Source: Nocardioides pelophilus (lineage in GTDB: Bacteria; Actinomycetota; Actinomycetes; Propionibacteriales; Nocardioidaceae). Taken from it: a stretch of 40,000 bases of DNA. The notes beneath the pieces were generated by a model, which saw only the letters and a program-made list of their open reading frames with translations, did no database searches and was not told the DNA's origin. The stretch lies in NCBI RefSeq assembly GCF_014180685.1, contig NZ_JACEHF010000001.1, forward strand, positions 97,976-137,975, given 5' to 3'. The position numbers and the translations under genes are program-made. Positions 8,763 through 17,331 of the stretch are shown here, piece after piece (positions within the stretch are counted from its first letter, which is position 1; each line of letters begins with the position of its first letter).

Positions 8763-10447
8763 CCAGCACGAGCACGCAGTACGACGTCGTCATCTCTGGC
8801 CTCGGGCCGACCGGCCTCACCTTGGCCACGCTGCTCGGTCGCCGTGGCGTGAGCGTGCTGGTGCTCGAGCGGGAGCCCCAGTTCTACGGCAACGCCCGCG
8901 CCGTCTACACCGACGACGAAGCACTGCGGATCTTCCAGACCGCCGGCGTTGCCGACGAACTGCACGCCGACATGAACGTCGACTCCATCGTCCAGTGGGT
9001 CAAGGCCAACGGCGACGTTCTCATCCAGTTCCAGGAGTCTCAGCGCCCCCTGTGGTGGCCGGTCACCAACTTCCTCTACCAGCCCTACCTCGAGACCACC
9101 TTGGAGAAGGCACTCGACCGCTACCCGGGCGTTGAGATCCGGCGTGGCCGCGAGGTCGTGGACTTCGCCCAGGACCCCGGCGGCGTCGACGTCCTCCACG
9201 CCGCCAGCACCGGCAGCGGCTACGGCCGGCACGAGAACGTCGTCGACGAGAAGAGCCGCGAATCGGTGCGGGCCAAGTACCTCGTCGGCGCCGACGGCGG
9301 TCGCAGCGTCGTTCGCCTCAACCTGGGCATCGACATGACCGGCAAGTCCTACCCGGAGCGCTGGCTTGTCGTCGACCTCAAAGCGAAGGAAGGCGTCGAC
9401 GCGTTCCGGCACCTGCCGTACTTCGACTTCGTCTGCAGCCCGGAGATGCCGACCGTCTCCTGCCCGCAGCCCGGTGGGCACCATCGGTTCGAGTTCGCAC
9501 TGAAGGACCAGGACAGCAAGGAGCGATTCGAGTCCGACGAGACCGTCCGCGAGCTGATCTCGCGCTACGTCAACCCCGACGAGGTCGAGGTCAAGCGGCA
9601 GCTGGTCTACACATTCAACGCCGTCGTTGCGGACAAGTGGCGCGAGGGCCGGGTCCTGCTTGCCGGAGACGCCGCGCACATGACGCCGCAGTTCATCGGC
9701 CAGGGCATGAACGCCGGGATCCGTGACGCCGACAACCTCTCATGGAAGCTCGCCGCGATCCTCAAGCACGGCGCCGCCGACAGCATCCTCGACACCTACG
9801 AGACCGAGCGCCGACCGCACGCGACCGCGATGATCAAGCTGTCGGTGTTCAACAAGTCCCTGGTCTCGATCAAGAACCCGATGCGCGCCCGGAGCAGGGA
9901 CCTCGCGATGGCCGCCTCACTGCGCACCCCCGGCCTGGGCAAGTGGGTCAAGCGGGCCGGCATGAAGCCGAAGCCGCGGCTCAAGAAGGGCTGCTATCTC
10001 GGGCTTCCGCGCGGCGTGCGCGGGGTCGAGGGCACGTTGTCCCCGCAGCCGATGGTGCGCCGGTACGACGGCCGCCCAACTCGCTTCGATGACGCGGTCG
10101 GCTTCGGCTGGACGGTGGTCGGTGTGGGCATCGACCCTCGTGAGGCGCTTGGTGAGCACCTGCACCACTGGGAGCAGGTGGAAGCCACCTTCGCCACCGT
10201 CTTCGCCGCGGGCACCCGGCCCCAGGGGGAGATCGGCGACGGCCGGCGCAAGGCCGGCTTGGTGGACCTCGAGGACACCACCGGAGCCTGGACGGCGTGG
10301 CTGAAGAAGGCCGGGATCCGGCACGGCAGTCTCGTCGTGCTGCGCCCGGACAAGTTCGTCTTCGGCGTCGGCGACGGCGCTTCCCTCACCACTGCCCTCA
10401 CCGACCAACTGGGCCTGGCCACGCGCGTGTCAGTCACGGCCTCATGA
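8759..10447 (+). CDS. FAD-dependent aromatic hydroxylase, MhpA-like (3-(3-hydroxyphenyl)propionate hydroxylase family)
   Basis: 'YDVVISGLGPTGLTLATLLGRRGVSVLVLEREP' (GxGxxG) and 'GRVLLAGDAAHMTPQFIGQGMNAGIRDADNLSWKL' (GD / FAD-binding motif). ATGA overlap with the upstream gene. Confidence 0.85.
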   Translation: MTSTSTQYDVVISGLGPTGLTLATLLGRRGVSVLVLEREPQFYGNARAVYTDDEALRIFQTAGVADELHADMNVDSIVQWVKANGDVLIQFQESQRPLWWPVTNFLYQPYLETTLEKALDRYPGVEIRRGREVVDFAQDPGGVDVLHAASTGSGYGRHENVVDEKSRESVRAKYLVGADGGRSVVRLNLGIDMTGKSYPERWLVVDLKAKEGVDAFRHLPYFDFVCSPEMPTVSCPQPGGHHRFEFALKDQDSKERFESDETVRELISRYVNPDEVEVKRQLVYTFNAVVADKWREGRVLLAGDAAHMTPQFIGQGMNAGIRDADNLSWKLAAILKHGAADSILDTYETERRPHATAMIKLSVFNKSLVSIKNPMRARSRDLAMAASLRTPGLGKWVKRAGMKPKPRLKKGCYLGLPRGVRGVEGTLSPQPMVRRYDGRPTRFDDAVGFGWTVVGVGIDPREALGEHLHHWEQVEATFATVFAAGTRPQGEIGDGRRKAGLVDLEDTTGAWTAWLKKAGIRHGSLVVLRPDKFVFGVGDGASLTTALTDQLGLATRVSVTAS

Positions 10448-10611
10448 CGACCGCCACCCGGGTCGATGTCCACCACCATCTGGTGCGACAGGACTACACA
10501 GTCCTCGCCCGATGCCAGGTCACCGCGTCCCTCACCACCACCGACGGGCGGCCGCTCGGCACCGTCGAGGCCACCTTTGATGACGCGCACAACCGGGGTG
10601 ACCAGCCATGA
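10444..10611 (+). CDS. Small hypothetical protein (55 aa), translationally coupled on both sides
   Basis: ATG 10444 overlaps the hydroxylase stop (ATGA), and its own stop overlaps ATG 10608 (ATGA). No recognisable motif, so support comes from the coupling geometry only. Confidence 0.35.
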   Translation: MTTATRVDVHHHLVRQDYTVLARCQVTASLTTTDGRPLGTVEATFDDAHNRGDQP

Positions 10612-11378
10612 GTCGGCCCATCAACACCTTGTCGGCCATCTATCCGGTGCTGCTCCGCTCCGACCTGCCCCACGATGAGGCCGACGCCTACTGGGCCGGC
10701 CCTCACGCCGAGCTGGTCAAGCGCGGTGGACACATCATGGAGTACAACCAGTACCACCTCTCCCGCACCGACGTCGGCTACTGGCCGGCGACCCCAACCG
10801 TCGGGGTGACCCCGGACCCGGCGTTCCGCTGGGACGGCGTCACCGAGGTACGACTGGCGAGCTTCACCGAGATGGCACGAGCCGCCTACGGCATGCTCGA
10901 CACGATCTTCCGGGACGAGCAGAACGTCTTCGACAACGTCCTCGGCCACGTATGCGGACCGGGCGGTGCGCGCTGGTGGACCCCCACCCACGACCCGACG
11001 GTCGGCCATCGCACTGTGCTGATGCTGCGACGTCGCCGAGGGCACAGCTACCGGGCGTTCCGGTCCTTCGTCCATACGACGTTCGGGCCGGCACTCGACG
11101 CGGCCGGCGCCCGCGACGTACGGACCTACACGTTCCTGCCCTTCACAGGTGTCGCCCACCGCACGCCAGGCACCTCGCACATCCACCCGCCCAGCCACCG
11201 GCACCACGGAGCGATCATCTTCGGCCTGCCCGACCGCACCGCCATCGACGGACTGCTCGAGTCTCCGACCATCCGGGCCGTGATCACCGAGCAGGCCACC
11301 CATCTGACCGCGGTCCATGCGTACGGCGTAGACCGGACCGTCCCAGTCATCGGCCCCGTGATCGGAGAGATCGCATGA
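10608..11378 (+). CDS. Hypothetical protein, possibly a tandem EthD-like (dimeric alpha/beta barrel) protein
   Basis: 256 aa. '[17 protein letters not shown]' resembles the EthD opening. Codon usage looks coding and both gene borders overlap neighbours. The family assignment is a guess. Confidence 0.45.
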   Translation: MSRPINTLSAIYPVLLRSDLPHDEADAYWAGPHAELVKRGGHIMEYNQYHLSRTDVGYWPATPTVGVTPDPAFRWDGVTEVRLASFTEMARAAYGMLDTIFRDEQNVFDNVLGHVCGPGGARWWTPTHDPTVGHRTVLMLRRRRGHSYRAFRSFVHTTFGPALDAAGARDVRTYTFLPFTGVAHRTPGTSHIHPPSHRHHGAIIFGLPDRTAIDGLLESPTIRAVITEQATHLTAVHAYGVDRTVPVIGPVIGEIA

Positions 11379-11605
11379 CCACCCCAAGGCCGCTCATGGA
11401 ACAACCGATCCAAGTCGACCGAGGGACCCTGACCCTCGGCTACGCCGGCGTCTACTCCAGCTTCCTGCGGCATGCCCAGGCCGCATCGGCGACCTACGGC
11501 GTCGATGTCCGAACGCTGCTGGCCGAAGCCGGCAAACGCAAGCTGATCGGCGGCCAGGAAGACATGATCGTCGACATCGCGCTCGATCTGGCGAGCGCTC
11601 GATGA
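11375..11605 (+). CDS. Small hypothetical protein (76 aa)
   Basis: ATG 11375 overlaps the upstream stop (ATGA) and its stop overlaps ATG 11602 (ATGA). No motif recognised. Confidence 0.4.
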   Translation: MTTPRPLMEQPIQVDRGTLTLGYAGVYSSFLRHAQAASATYGVDVRTLLAEAGKRKLIGGQEDMIVDIALDLASAR

Positions 11606-12447
11606 GCGAGCGCGAAGACGCGGAGTCCCTGGCCGACGCCGTACTAGACGCGGTCGAAGAGGATCTGCAGCCGCATGAGGACTCCGGAGTCCCCGATGCC
11701 GTGCTGACCACGCTGAGCATCCTGAAGAAGCTGGGCATCGACTGGGTCCGCCGATACCACCGGCTGGAACTCTCCGGTGAACTGCTCAAGCCCGATCAGC
11801 AGGTGCTGTTCGTGGCCAACCACGGCTTCGGCGGCATCGTCGACCTCAACGTCTTCGCCGCGCTCGCGACCTTCGACAGTCTCGGCATCGACCGACCGAT
11901 CACCTTCCTCACCCACCAGATCGCCTGGACAATGCGGGTCGGAAAGCTGTTCGAGCCGTTCGGTGCCAGGCCCGCGTCGCGGGAGGCGGCGGAGGCTGGC
12001 TTCGCGGAGGGCGGGCACGTGTTCGTCATGCCCGGCGGAGACCTCGACGCGTTCAAGGGCTTCAAGGATCGCAACAAGATCGTCTTCGGCGGCCGTTCCG
12101 GTTTCGCCCGGCTCGCGATAGACGCTGGCGTCCCGATCGTCCCCATCGTCACGGCAGGCGCTGGCGAGTCCCTGATGGTGCTCTCGGACGGCCAGCGCCT
12201 GGCTCGAGCGCTCCGGCTCGACAAGACCCTGCGGGTGAAGGCGCTGCCGGTGTCGGTCTCGCTTCCCTGGGGCCTCAACGTCGGTGGTGTCGGGCTGCTC
12301 CCCTATCTGCCACTTCCCACCAAGCTGGCCACCCGCGTGCTCCCGGCGATGACCGCGGGGCCCGAGGAATCGGCTGCCGACTTCGCGACGCGCGTCGAAT
12401 CCGAGATGCAACAAGCCTTGACCGCACTCGCGGAGGAACGGCGATGA
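11602..12447 (+). CDS. Lysophospholipid / glycerol-3-phosphate acyltransferase-family protein (PlsC-like)
   Basis: '[14 protein letters not shown]' (HxxxxD acyltransferase block) and 'VFVMPGG...FKG'; 281 aa. Confidence 0.7.
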   Translation: MSEREDAESLADAVLDAVEEDLQPHEDSGVPDAVLTTLSILKKLGIDWVRRYHRLELSGELLKPDQQVLFVANHGFGGIVDLNVFAALATFDSLGIDRPITFLTHQIAWTMRVGKLFEPFGARPASREAAEAGFAEGGHVFVMPGGDLDAFKGFKDRNKIVFGGRSGFARLAIDAGVPIVPIVTAGAGESLMVLSDGQRLARALRLDKTLRVKALPVSVSLPWGLNVGGVGLLPYLPLPTKLATRVLPAMTAGPEESAADFATRVESEMQQALTALAEERR

Positions 12448-13715
12448 CAAGCGCCCCGACGCTCGCGACCCCACTGGCCATCGGGTCCATGACCGTTCGC
12501 GGCCGCCTGTTCAAGTCGGCCACCAGCGAGACTCGGGCCACCGACGAGGGATTCGTGACCGACGAACTGCTGGCCTTCTACGAACCGATGATCGAGGCCG
12601 GAACGCCGATGATCATCACCGGCAACCTCTACGTCTCTCTCCAGGGAAAGTCGGCCGACCGCCAAGCCGGCATCGACACCGACGACAAGATCCCCGGCCT
12701 TCGCCGCTGGGTCGACCTCGCCCACCGCCACGACGTCAAGCTCGTCGCCCAGCTCAACCACGGCGGCCGCCAGATCGGCCACCCAGCACCGGGCGTCGAT
12801 CGGCTCGTCTCAGCCTCCTCGGTCCGCGAGCCCCTCTACGGCACGAAGCCGTCGCCTCTCCGGCTCGACGAGATGTCCGGCGTGGTCGAGTCGTTCGCCG
12901 CCGCAGGTGAACGGGCACGCGAGGCCGGATTCGACGGCGTCCAGATCCACGCCGCCCACGGCTACCTGCTCAGCCAGTTCCTCACCCCGCACACCAACCG
13001 CCGCAACGACGCCTACGGCGGAAGCCTCGAGAACCGCGCCAGGCTGTTGATCGAGGTGCTGCGCGGGCTCCGATCACGACTCGGCGAGGACTACCCCATC
13101 CTGGTCAAGCTGAACGGCACCGACGACCTTCCCTTCCGCAAGGGCGCGACCACCGGCGAGCTGGTCCAGGTCGCTCAGTTGCTCCAGGACGAGGGAATCG
13201 ACGCGGTCGAGGTCTCCCGCGGCCACTACGAGTCGTGGCCGGGGATGGTCCAGGGCAACTACCGGGGCTTCCTGAAAACCAGCCTCACGGTCGGCGCCGG
13301 CCGCTACAACACACGGCGCCGCAAGGTCGTCCAGTTCGCCTTGGCGCCCATCGCTGAACGCGTCGCCCAGCTGCTACGCCCGCCCCAGGAGGGCTTCAAC
13401 CTCTCGCAGGCCGAGCAGTTCGCCGCCGCTCTCGACGTACCCGTCATCTGCGTCGGTGGCTTCCACACCAAGGCAGGCATCGAAGCCGCCATCACAAGCG
13501 GGAAGGTCGACGCGGTCTCAGCGGCTCGGGCGATGATCGCCGACCCCCACCTCTACCGCAACACCGTCGGCGACATCTCTGTCCGGCCCGTCTGCGGCTA
13601 CTGCAACGGGTGCATCGCCCGCTTCGGAGGCATGCCCATCGACTGCTACAGCGACGACATCCGCGACGAACGAAAAGCCATGATCCAACGCTTCCACGAG
13701 CACCCAGCCCAGTGA
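12444..13715 (+). CDS. NADH:flavin oxidoreductase (Old Yellow Enzyme family)
   Basis: 'GFDGVQIHAAHGYLLSQFLTPHTNRRNDAYGGSLENRARL' is the canonical OYE active-site block. Confidence 0.85.
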   Translation: MTSAPTLATPLAIGSMTVRGRLFKSATSETRATDEGFVTDELLAFYEPMIEAGTPMIITGNLYVSLQGKSADRQAGIDTDDKIPGLRRWVDLAHRHDVKLVAQLNHGGRQIGHPAPGVDRLVSASSVREPLYGTKPSPLRLDEMSGVVESFAAAGERAREAGFDGVQIHAAHGYLLSQFLTPHTNRRNDAYGGSLENRARLLIEVLRGLRSRLGEDYPILVKLNGTDDLPFRKGATTGELVQVAQLLQDEGIDAVEVSRGHYESWPGMVQGNYRGFLKTSLTVGAGRYNTRRRKVVQFALAPIAERVAQLLRPPQEGFNLSQAEQFAAALDVPVICVGGFHTKAGIEAAITSGKVDAVSAARAMIADPHLYRNTVGDISVRPVCGYCNGCIARFGGMPIDCYSDDIRDERKAMIQRFHEHPAQ

Positions 13716-13735
13716 CCACAACACAGGAAGAATCC

Positions 13736-14236
13736 ATGTCGATCGAAGACAGCCGCAACGGCACCAGCCCGACGCGGCGCACCCTGATCACCGGAGCGAC
13801 TGCCGCCGGACTCGGCGCCCTGGCCGCGACGCTTGTGCCCCAGCCCGCCGAAGCAGCCATCACGACACCGATCAAGCTGGTGTGCGCGATCCAGCGTCGA
13901 CCGGATCTCACCCCGCGCGAGTTCTACGACTACTGGCTCTACAAGCACGGCCCGTTCGCGACCGAACAGGTGAAGCAGCTCGGCGCATACAGGTACGTCC
14001 AGAGCCACACCACCGAGGCGGCCCTGAACCTGACGCTGCGTGAGAGCCGCGGAACCATGCCGCCATTCGACGGAGTGACCGAGGTCTGGTTCCGCTCGGC
14101 ACTTGCGCTGGCCACCGCCTTGGCTACGCCTGCCGGAGCACAGGCGAACAACAAGCTCGCCGAGGACGAGAAGAACTTCATCGACCTCAGCCGCTCGTCG
14201 TACTTCTTCACCACCGAACACGTCATGCTCGGCTGA
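13736..14236 (+). CDS. EthD-domain protein with a twin-arginine (Tat) signal peptide
   Basis: Start at ATG 13736 (aggaag RBS). 'SPTRRTLITGATAAGLGALAATLVPQPAEAA' has a TRRTLIT Tat motif, an h-region and an AEA cleavage site. The mature part 'KLVCAIQRRPDLTPREFYDYWLYKHGPF...GVTEVWF' is EthD-like. Confidence 0.65.
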   Translation: MSIEDSRNGTSPTRRTLITGATAAGLGALAATLVPQPAEAAITTPIKLVCAIQRRPDLTPREFYDYWLYKHGPFATEQVKQLGAYRYVQSHTTEAALNLTLRESRGTMPPFDGVTEVWFRSALALATALATPAGAQANNKLAEDEKNFIDLSRSSYFFTTEHVMLG

Positions 14237-14271
14237 GCTGCGACCCAGCCCCACGAGCTACAGGAACAACG

Positions 14272-14844
14272 ATGAGCACCGCCCAGGACGTGAGCGAGCA
14301 GGTAACACTCGTCAGCGCTGTCCGGCTTCGGGCGGGCGCAGAGGACGCACAGCGGATCCTTCACGACACCGGGGTCGCCGCTGCGCGGGCGCAAGGAGGC
14401 CTCGTGCGCGACGAACTTGTAGCCTCGGTGCCCGGCGTTCAGGTCGAGACCGTGGCATTGCTGACCTTCATCGATCGTGCACATCTCGACCAATGGCTTG
14501 CCTCACCCGAGCGCGCCGAGGTCCTCCGCGGCATGGACGACCTGGCAGTTTCCGAGCGCAGCATCAACGTCCTCAACGGCTTCCCCGGCTGGTTCGCGGA
14601 TGCGGGTGGGCGCGTCCCGGTCCGTTGGAAGCAGGCGCTGGTGGTGATCGCGGGGCTGATCCCGGTTTCGTACGTCGTGACGGAGCTCCGCACGCTGACG
14701 GCGCCCGAGCTGCCTCTGCCTGCTGTCATCGTCGTCAACGCCATCGCCAATGTCTGCATCCTGACGTGGATCGTGATGCCCGGGCTGCACCGGCTCCTGG
14801 CGCGATGGCTGCTCGAGAAGTCGCCCAGAGCTCGCGGCCTGTAG
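14272..14844 (+). CDS. ABM (antibiotic-biosynthesis-monooxygenase-like) domain fused to two C-terminal transmembrane helices
   Basis: The N-terminal ~100 aa have a ferredoxin-like ABM pattern ('VTLVSAVRLRAG...VALLTFIDRAHLDQWLASPE'). Hydrophobic segments 'WKQALVVIAGLIPVSYVV' and 'LPAVIVVNAIANVCILTWIVMPGL' follow. Confidence 0.55.
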   Translation: MSTAQDVSEQVTLVSAVRLRAGAEDAQRILHDTGVAAARAQGGLVRDELVASVPGVQVETVALLTFIDRAHLDQWLASPERAEVLRGMDDLAVSERSINVLNGFPGWFADAGGRVPVRWKQALVVIAGLIPVSYVVTELRTLTAPELPLPAVIVVNAIANVCILTWIVMPGLHRLLARWLLEKSPRARGL

Positions 14845-14915
14845 CCAACAGCGCTCCTGCCGCACGTGCGGCCCAACCCTTCGACTGTGGTCCACCAGGG
14901 CGGCTCCACCGGATG

Positions 14916-15854
14916 TTATGCGTGCGTCACCGGGGTGCGCTGGCTCCCCAGGTCCAGGGCGCCGTCATCGGTGGCAACGCTGACCGTGACCAGGTCGCCG
15001 TGCTGGAGGTACTTCGGATTCTTCGCCTGCTTGTCAAAGAACGCCTTCCACTTCACGTGCGCCGGTAGGAGGTTGGCGATGAGCTGCACGACCTTCGGAG
15101 GAGCAGACAGCGCGGTGCCGACCGGTGTGCCGGTCAGGACGAGGTCGCCGGGGTCGAGCCTCTGGAAGCGCGACAGCGCCTGCAGCGCCTCGATCGGCGG
15201 GAAGACCATGTCGCCGGCGATGATCATGTTCTGGCGGGTTTCTCCGTTGACCGACAGGTGCAGGCGCAGGTCGCCGAAGCGGTCCAGCTCACCGGGTTCC
15301 AGCAGCAGCAGCACCGGGCCGACCGGCGTGAACGTCGGGTAGGACTTCGCTTCGAAGAACTGGGTCTTGGGCAGTTGCAGGTCCCGCGCGCTGACGTCGT
15401 TGGTGACCACCAGCCCGACGACGTACTCCTCCAGGTTGGCCGCGGTGATCTCGGTGCCCACGGTCAGTGGCTGGCCGATCACGAGGCCTACCTCGACCTC
15501 GTAGTCGAGGAACCGCACGTGGGCAGGGCGGACGATCTCGTCGTACGGGCCGGAGATGGAGCCGGACGTCTTCCGGAAGAACGTCAACGGGATGCTGTCT
15601 GGATCCATCCCCGAGTCGATGACGTGCGAGCGGAAATTGGTCATCTGCGCGACCACGCGGCAGGGCGCGGTCACCGGCGAGACGAGCTCGAGCGACTCGA
15701 CGGAGACCGCCTCGCCACCGGTGCGGGCGGTCTCGACGGCCGCCCGATCCGCCAGCAGTTCGGCGGTCGTCGCCGCGGTGGTGTTGACGCGGACGGCGCC
15801 CTCGGCGGTCTGGACCCACCATGCGTCGGCGGTGCGGAGGACGGAGATGCTCAT
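14916..15854 (-). CDS. Fumarylacetoacetate hydrolase (FAH) family protein
   Basis: 'FLDYEVEVGLVIG', 'VTNDVSARDLQ', 'GDLVLTGTPVG'. Start at ATG 15852-15854 overlaps the upstream stop (ATGA); the longer track ORF (to 16307) is an Arg/Pro-rich artefact inside the upstream gene. Confidence 0.85.
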   Translation of the reverse strand: MSISVLRTADAWWVQTAEGAVRVNTTAATTAELLADRAAVETARTGGEAVSVESLELVSPVTAPCRVVAQMTNFRSHVIDSGMDPDSIPLTFFRKTSGSISGPYDEIVRPAHVRFLDYEVEVGLVIGQPLTVGTEITAANLEEYVVGLVVTNDVSARDLQLPKTQFFEAKSYPTFTPVGPVLLLLEPGELDRFGDLRLHLSVNGETRQNMIIAGDMVFPPIEALQALSRFQRLDPGDLVLTGTPVGTALSAPPKVVQLIANLLPAHVKWKAFFDKQAKNPKYLQHGDLVTVSVATDDGALDLGSQRTPVTHA

Positions 15855-16972
15855 GAGGTTGCCACTTTCATCAGGCCCCGCAGTCGGGACAGGTCGAACT
15901 CGTTGTCTTGGCGAAGAGCGGTGGCCATGGCTCGCAGTTCCCTCAAGGACTCGCGTCCGGGCGCGATGCCGAGGAAGTCCTTGGTCGCGGGTGGTCCCCA
16001 CTGGGCCAGTCCGGACGCGGTCATCGGTGCCCAGCCCGGTTCGAGGGTGTTGTCGAACCGGTCGCCATCGGTGAAGTGCTCGACAAGGAAGCCGTCGGGG
16101 TCGCGCCAGTAGTCGAAGATCTGGCTTCCCTGGATGTGCCGGCCGATCCCCCACGATCGGTCGTACCCGAGGTCGAGCAGGTGCTCGCCGCCTGCCGCGA
16201 GCGCGTCGAGATCGCTGACCTGGTAGGCCGAGTGGACGTATCGGTTGCTGGGGCCCAGTGTCATCGCAAGCGCGTGGTGGTCGGCCAGCTCGGAGCCACG
16301 GTCGCACCGGATGAAGCTCATCGTCGGCCCCCGCTCGCGCTGGCCCGGGTAGTAGAGGAAGTCGCTGACGATCATGCCGAGGTGCGTCAGGTACCAGTCC
16401 AGGCTCTCGCGGTAACGGGTGCTCTGGAGCACGACGTGCCCGAGGCGCTCGACGACGGCCGGCGCGCGCGGCGGCCGCTGGGTGGCGTTGACGCGTCGTA
16501 CCTCACCCCCGGTGTTGACGACCAGCGGCTCCTGGGGCGGCTGGGCAGGGAGTTCGTGGGTGCCGGCGACGACACGGACACCGGCGCCGTCGGGCGCGGT
16601 GAGGTCGACGACCGCGCCACCGAGGCTCTCGGGCAATGCGTCTACCCGGGTGCCGGTGGCGTTCGCCAGCCGCAGGAGGTCGCTGCCCTCAGCAGCCCGG
16701 AACGCGGTGCCTGCGAAGCGCGATCGGGCTCCGCGTCGGATGATGACGGCCGGGCTGCCGGCGTAGACACCGCGGAGCTGGACCTCCTCGCTGGTCCGGC
16801 TCACGGTCGCGAACCCGAAGGCGTGGGCAAACCGCTCAGCAGCGGCCAGGTCGGGCTTCTCGAACTCGAGCCAGGCGAGATCGGCAACCTTGATGACCGG
16901 GTTGGCTGCCCGGCCCGGGTGCTCGCCACGCAGCGCACCCTGCTCGCTGTGCAGATCGTTGTGCGTGCCCAT
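15851..16972 (-). CDS. VOC-superfamily ring-cleavage dioxygenase (hydroquinone / extradiol type)
   Basis: Two glyoxalase-like halves: 'VADLAWLEFEKPDLAAAERFAHAFGF' and 'LGHVVLQSTRYRESLDWYLTHLGMIVSD...HHALAM...HSAYQV...GFLVEHFTDGD'. Start at ATG 16970-16972 overlaps the DoxX stop. Confidence 0.75.
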   Translation of the reverse strand: MGTHNDLHSEQGALRGEHPGRAANPVIKVADLAWLEFEKPDLAAAERFAHAFGFATVSRTSEEVQLRGVYAGSPAVIIRRGARSRFAGTAFRAAEGSDLLRLANATGTRVDALPESLGGAVVDLTAPDGAGVRVVAGTHELPAQPPQEPLVVNTGGEVRRVNATQRPPRAPAVVERLGHVVLQSTRYRESLDWYLTHLGMIVSDFLYYPGQRERGPTMSFIRCDRGSELADHHALAMTLGPSNRYVHSAYQVSDLDALAAGGEHLLDLGYDRSWGIGRHIQGSQIFDYWRDPDGFLVEHFTDGDRFDNTLEPGWAPMTASGLAQWGPPATKDFLGIAPGRESLRELRAMATALRQDNEFDLSRLRGLMKVATS

Positions 16973-17331
16973 CAGAGCCTGCCGACTGCGACGAAGAGCG
17001 TGAGCAGAAGCAGGACGCCGTTGAAGGCGACCTCTCGGTGCTCTCCGCGGCGGGCGTGCACGACGATCGCGCCGACCATGGCGATCGCGAGGCCTCCGGC
17101 GGCAAGGGCGGTGAGGACCGGGGCGATGTCGAGGGCGCGGGGCAGGATCAGCCCGGCCGCTCCGAGAATCTCGGCGACGCCGGTCAGCCGGATCACCGGA
17201 AGGGGCACGTCGTGCACCCAACCGCCGACCCTCGTCTCCAGCGTGGCCAGGGACTGAGTGGCCTTCATCAGCCCCGCGCCGAGGAAGATGAGGGCGAGCG
17301 CGATCTGCAGGACCCACAGGACGGTGTTCAT
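16972..17331 (-). CDS. DoxX-family membrane protein
   Basis: 119 aa with four hydrophobic helices; 'MNTVLWVLQIALALIFLGAGLMKAT' is a typical DoxX N-terminus. Confidence 0.8.
   Translation of the reverse strand: MNTVLWVLQIALALIFLGAGLMKATQSLATLETRVGGWVHDVPLPVIRLTGVAEILGAAGLILPRALDIAPVLTALAAGGLAIAMVGAIVVHARRGEHREVAFNGVLLLLTLFVAVGRL

Noticed and set aside
8615-9679. 354-aa minus-strand ORF antisense to the MhpA-like hydroxylase. Similar long shadow ORFs occur at 4219-4908, 7407-8192, 9917-10408 and 10494-11387.
   Set aside because: These are typical high-GC antisense ORFs. The composition is Gly/Arg/Asp/Val-rich with low complexity and no family motifs, while the opposite strand encodes proteins with clear motifs.
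14860-14871. Perfect 12-bp palindrome ccgcacgtgcgg between the convergent ABM and FAH genes, considered as a bidirectional terminator.
   Set aside because: The usable stem is too short (about 4 bp once a loop is allowed) and there is no U-tract on either strand. It may be incidental.
15908-17257. 449-aa plus-strand ORF across the VOC dioxygenase/DoxX genes, and the 302-aa ORF at 18138-19046.
   Set aside because: These are antisense shadows of well-supported minus-strand genes. They have no motifs and implausible Arg/Gly/Val-rich sequence.
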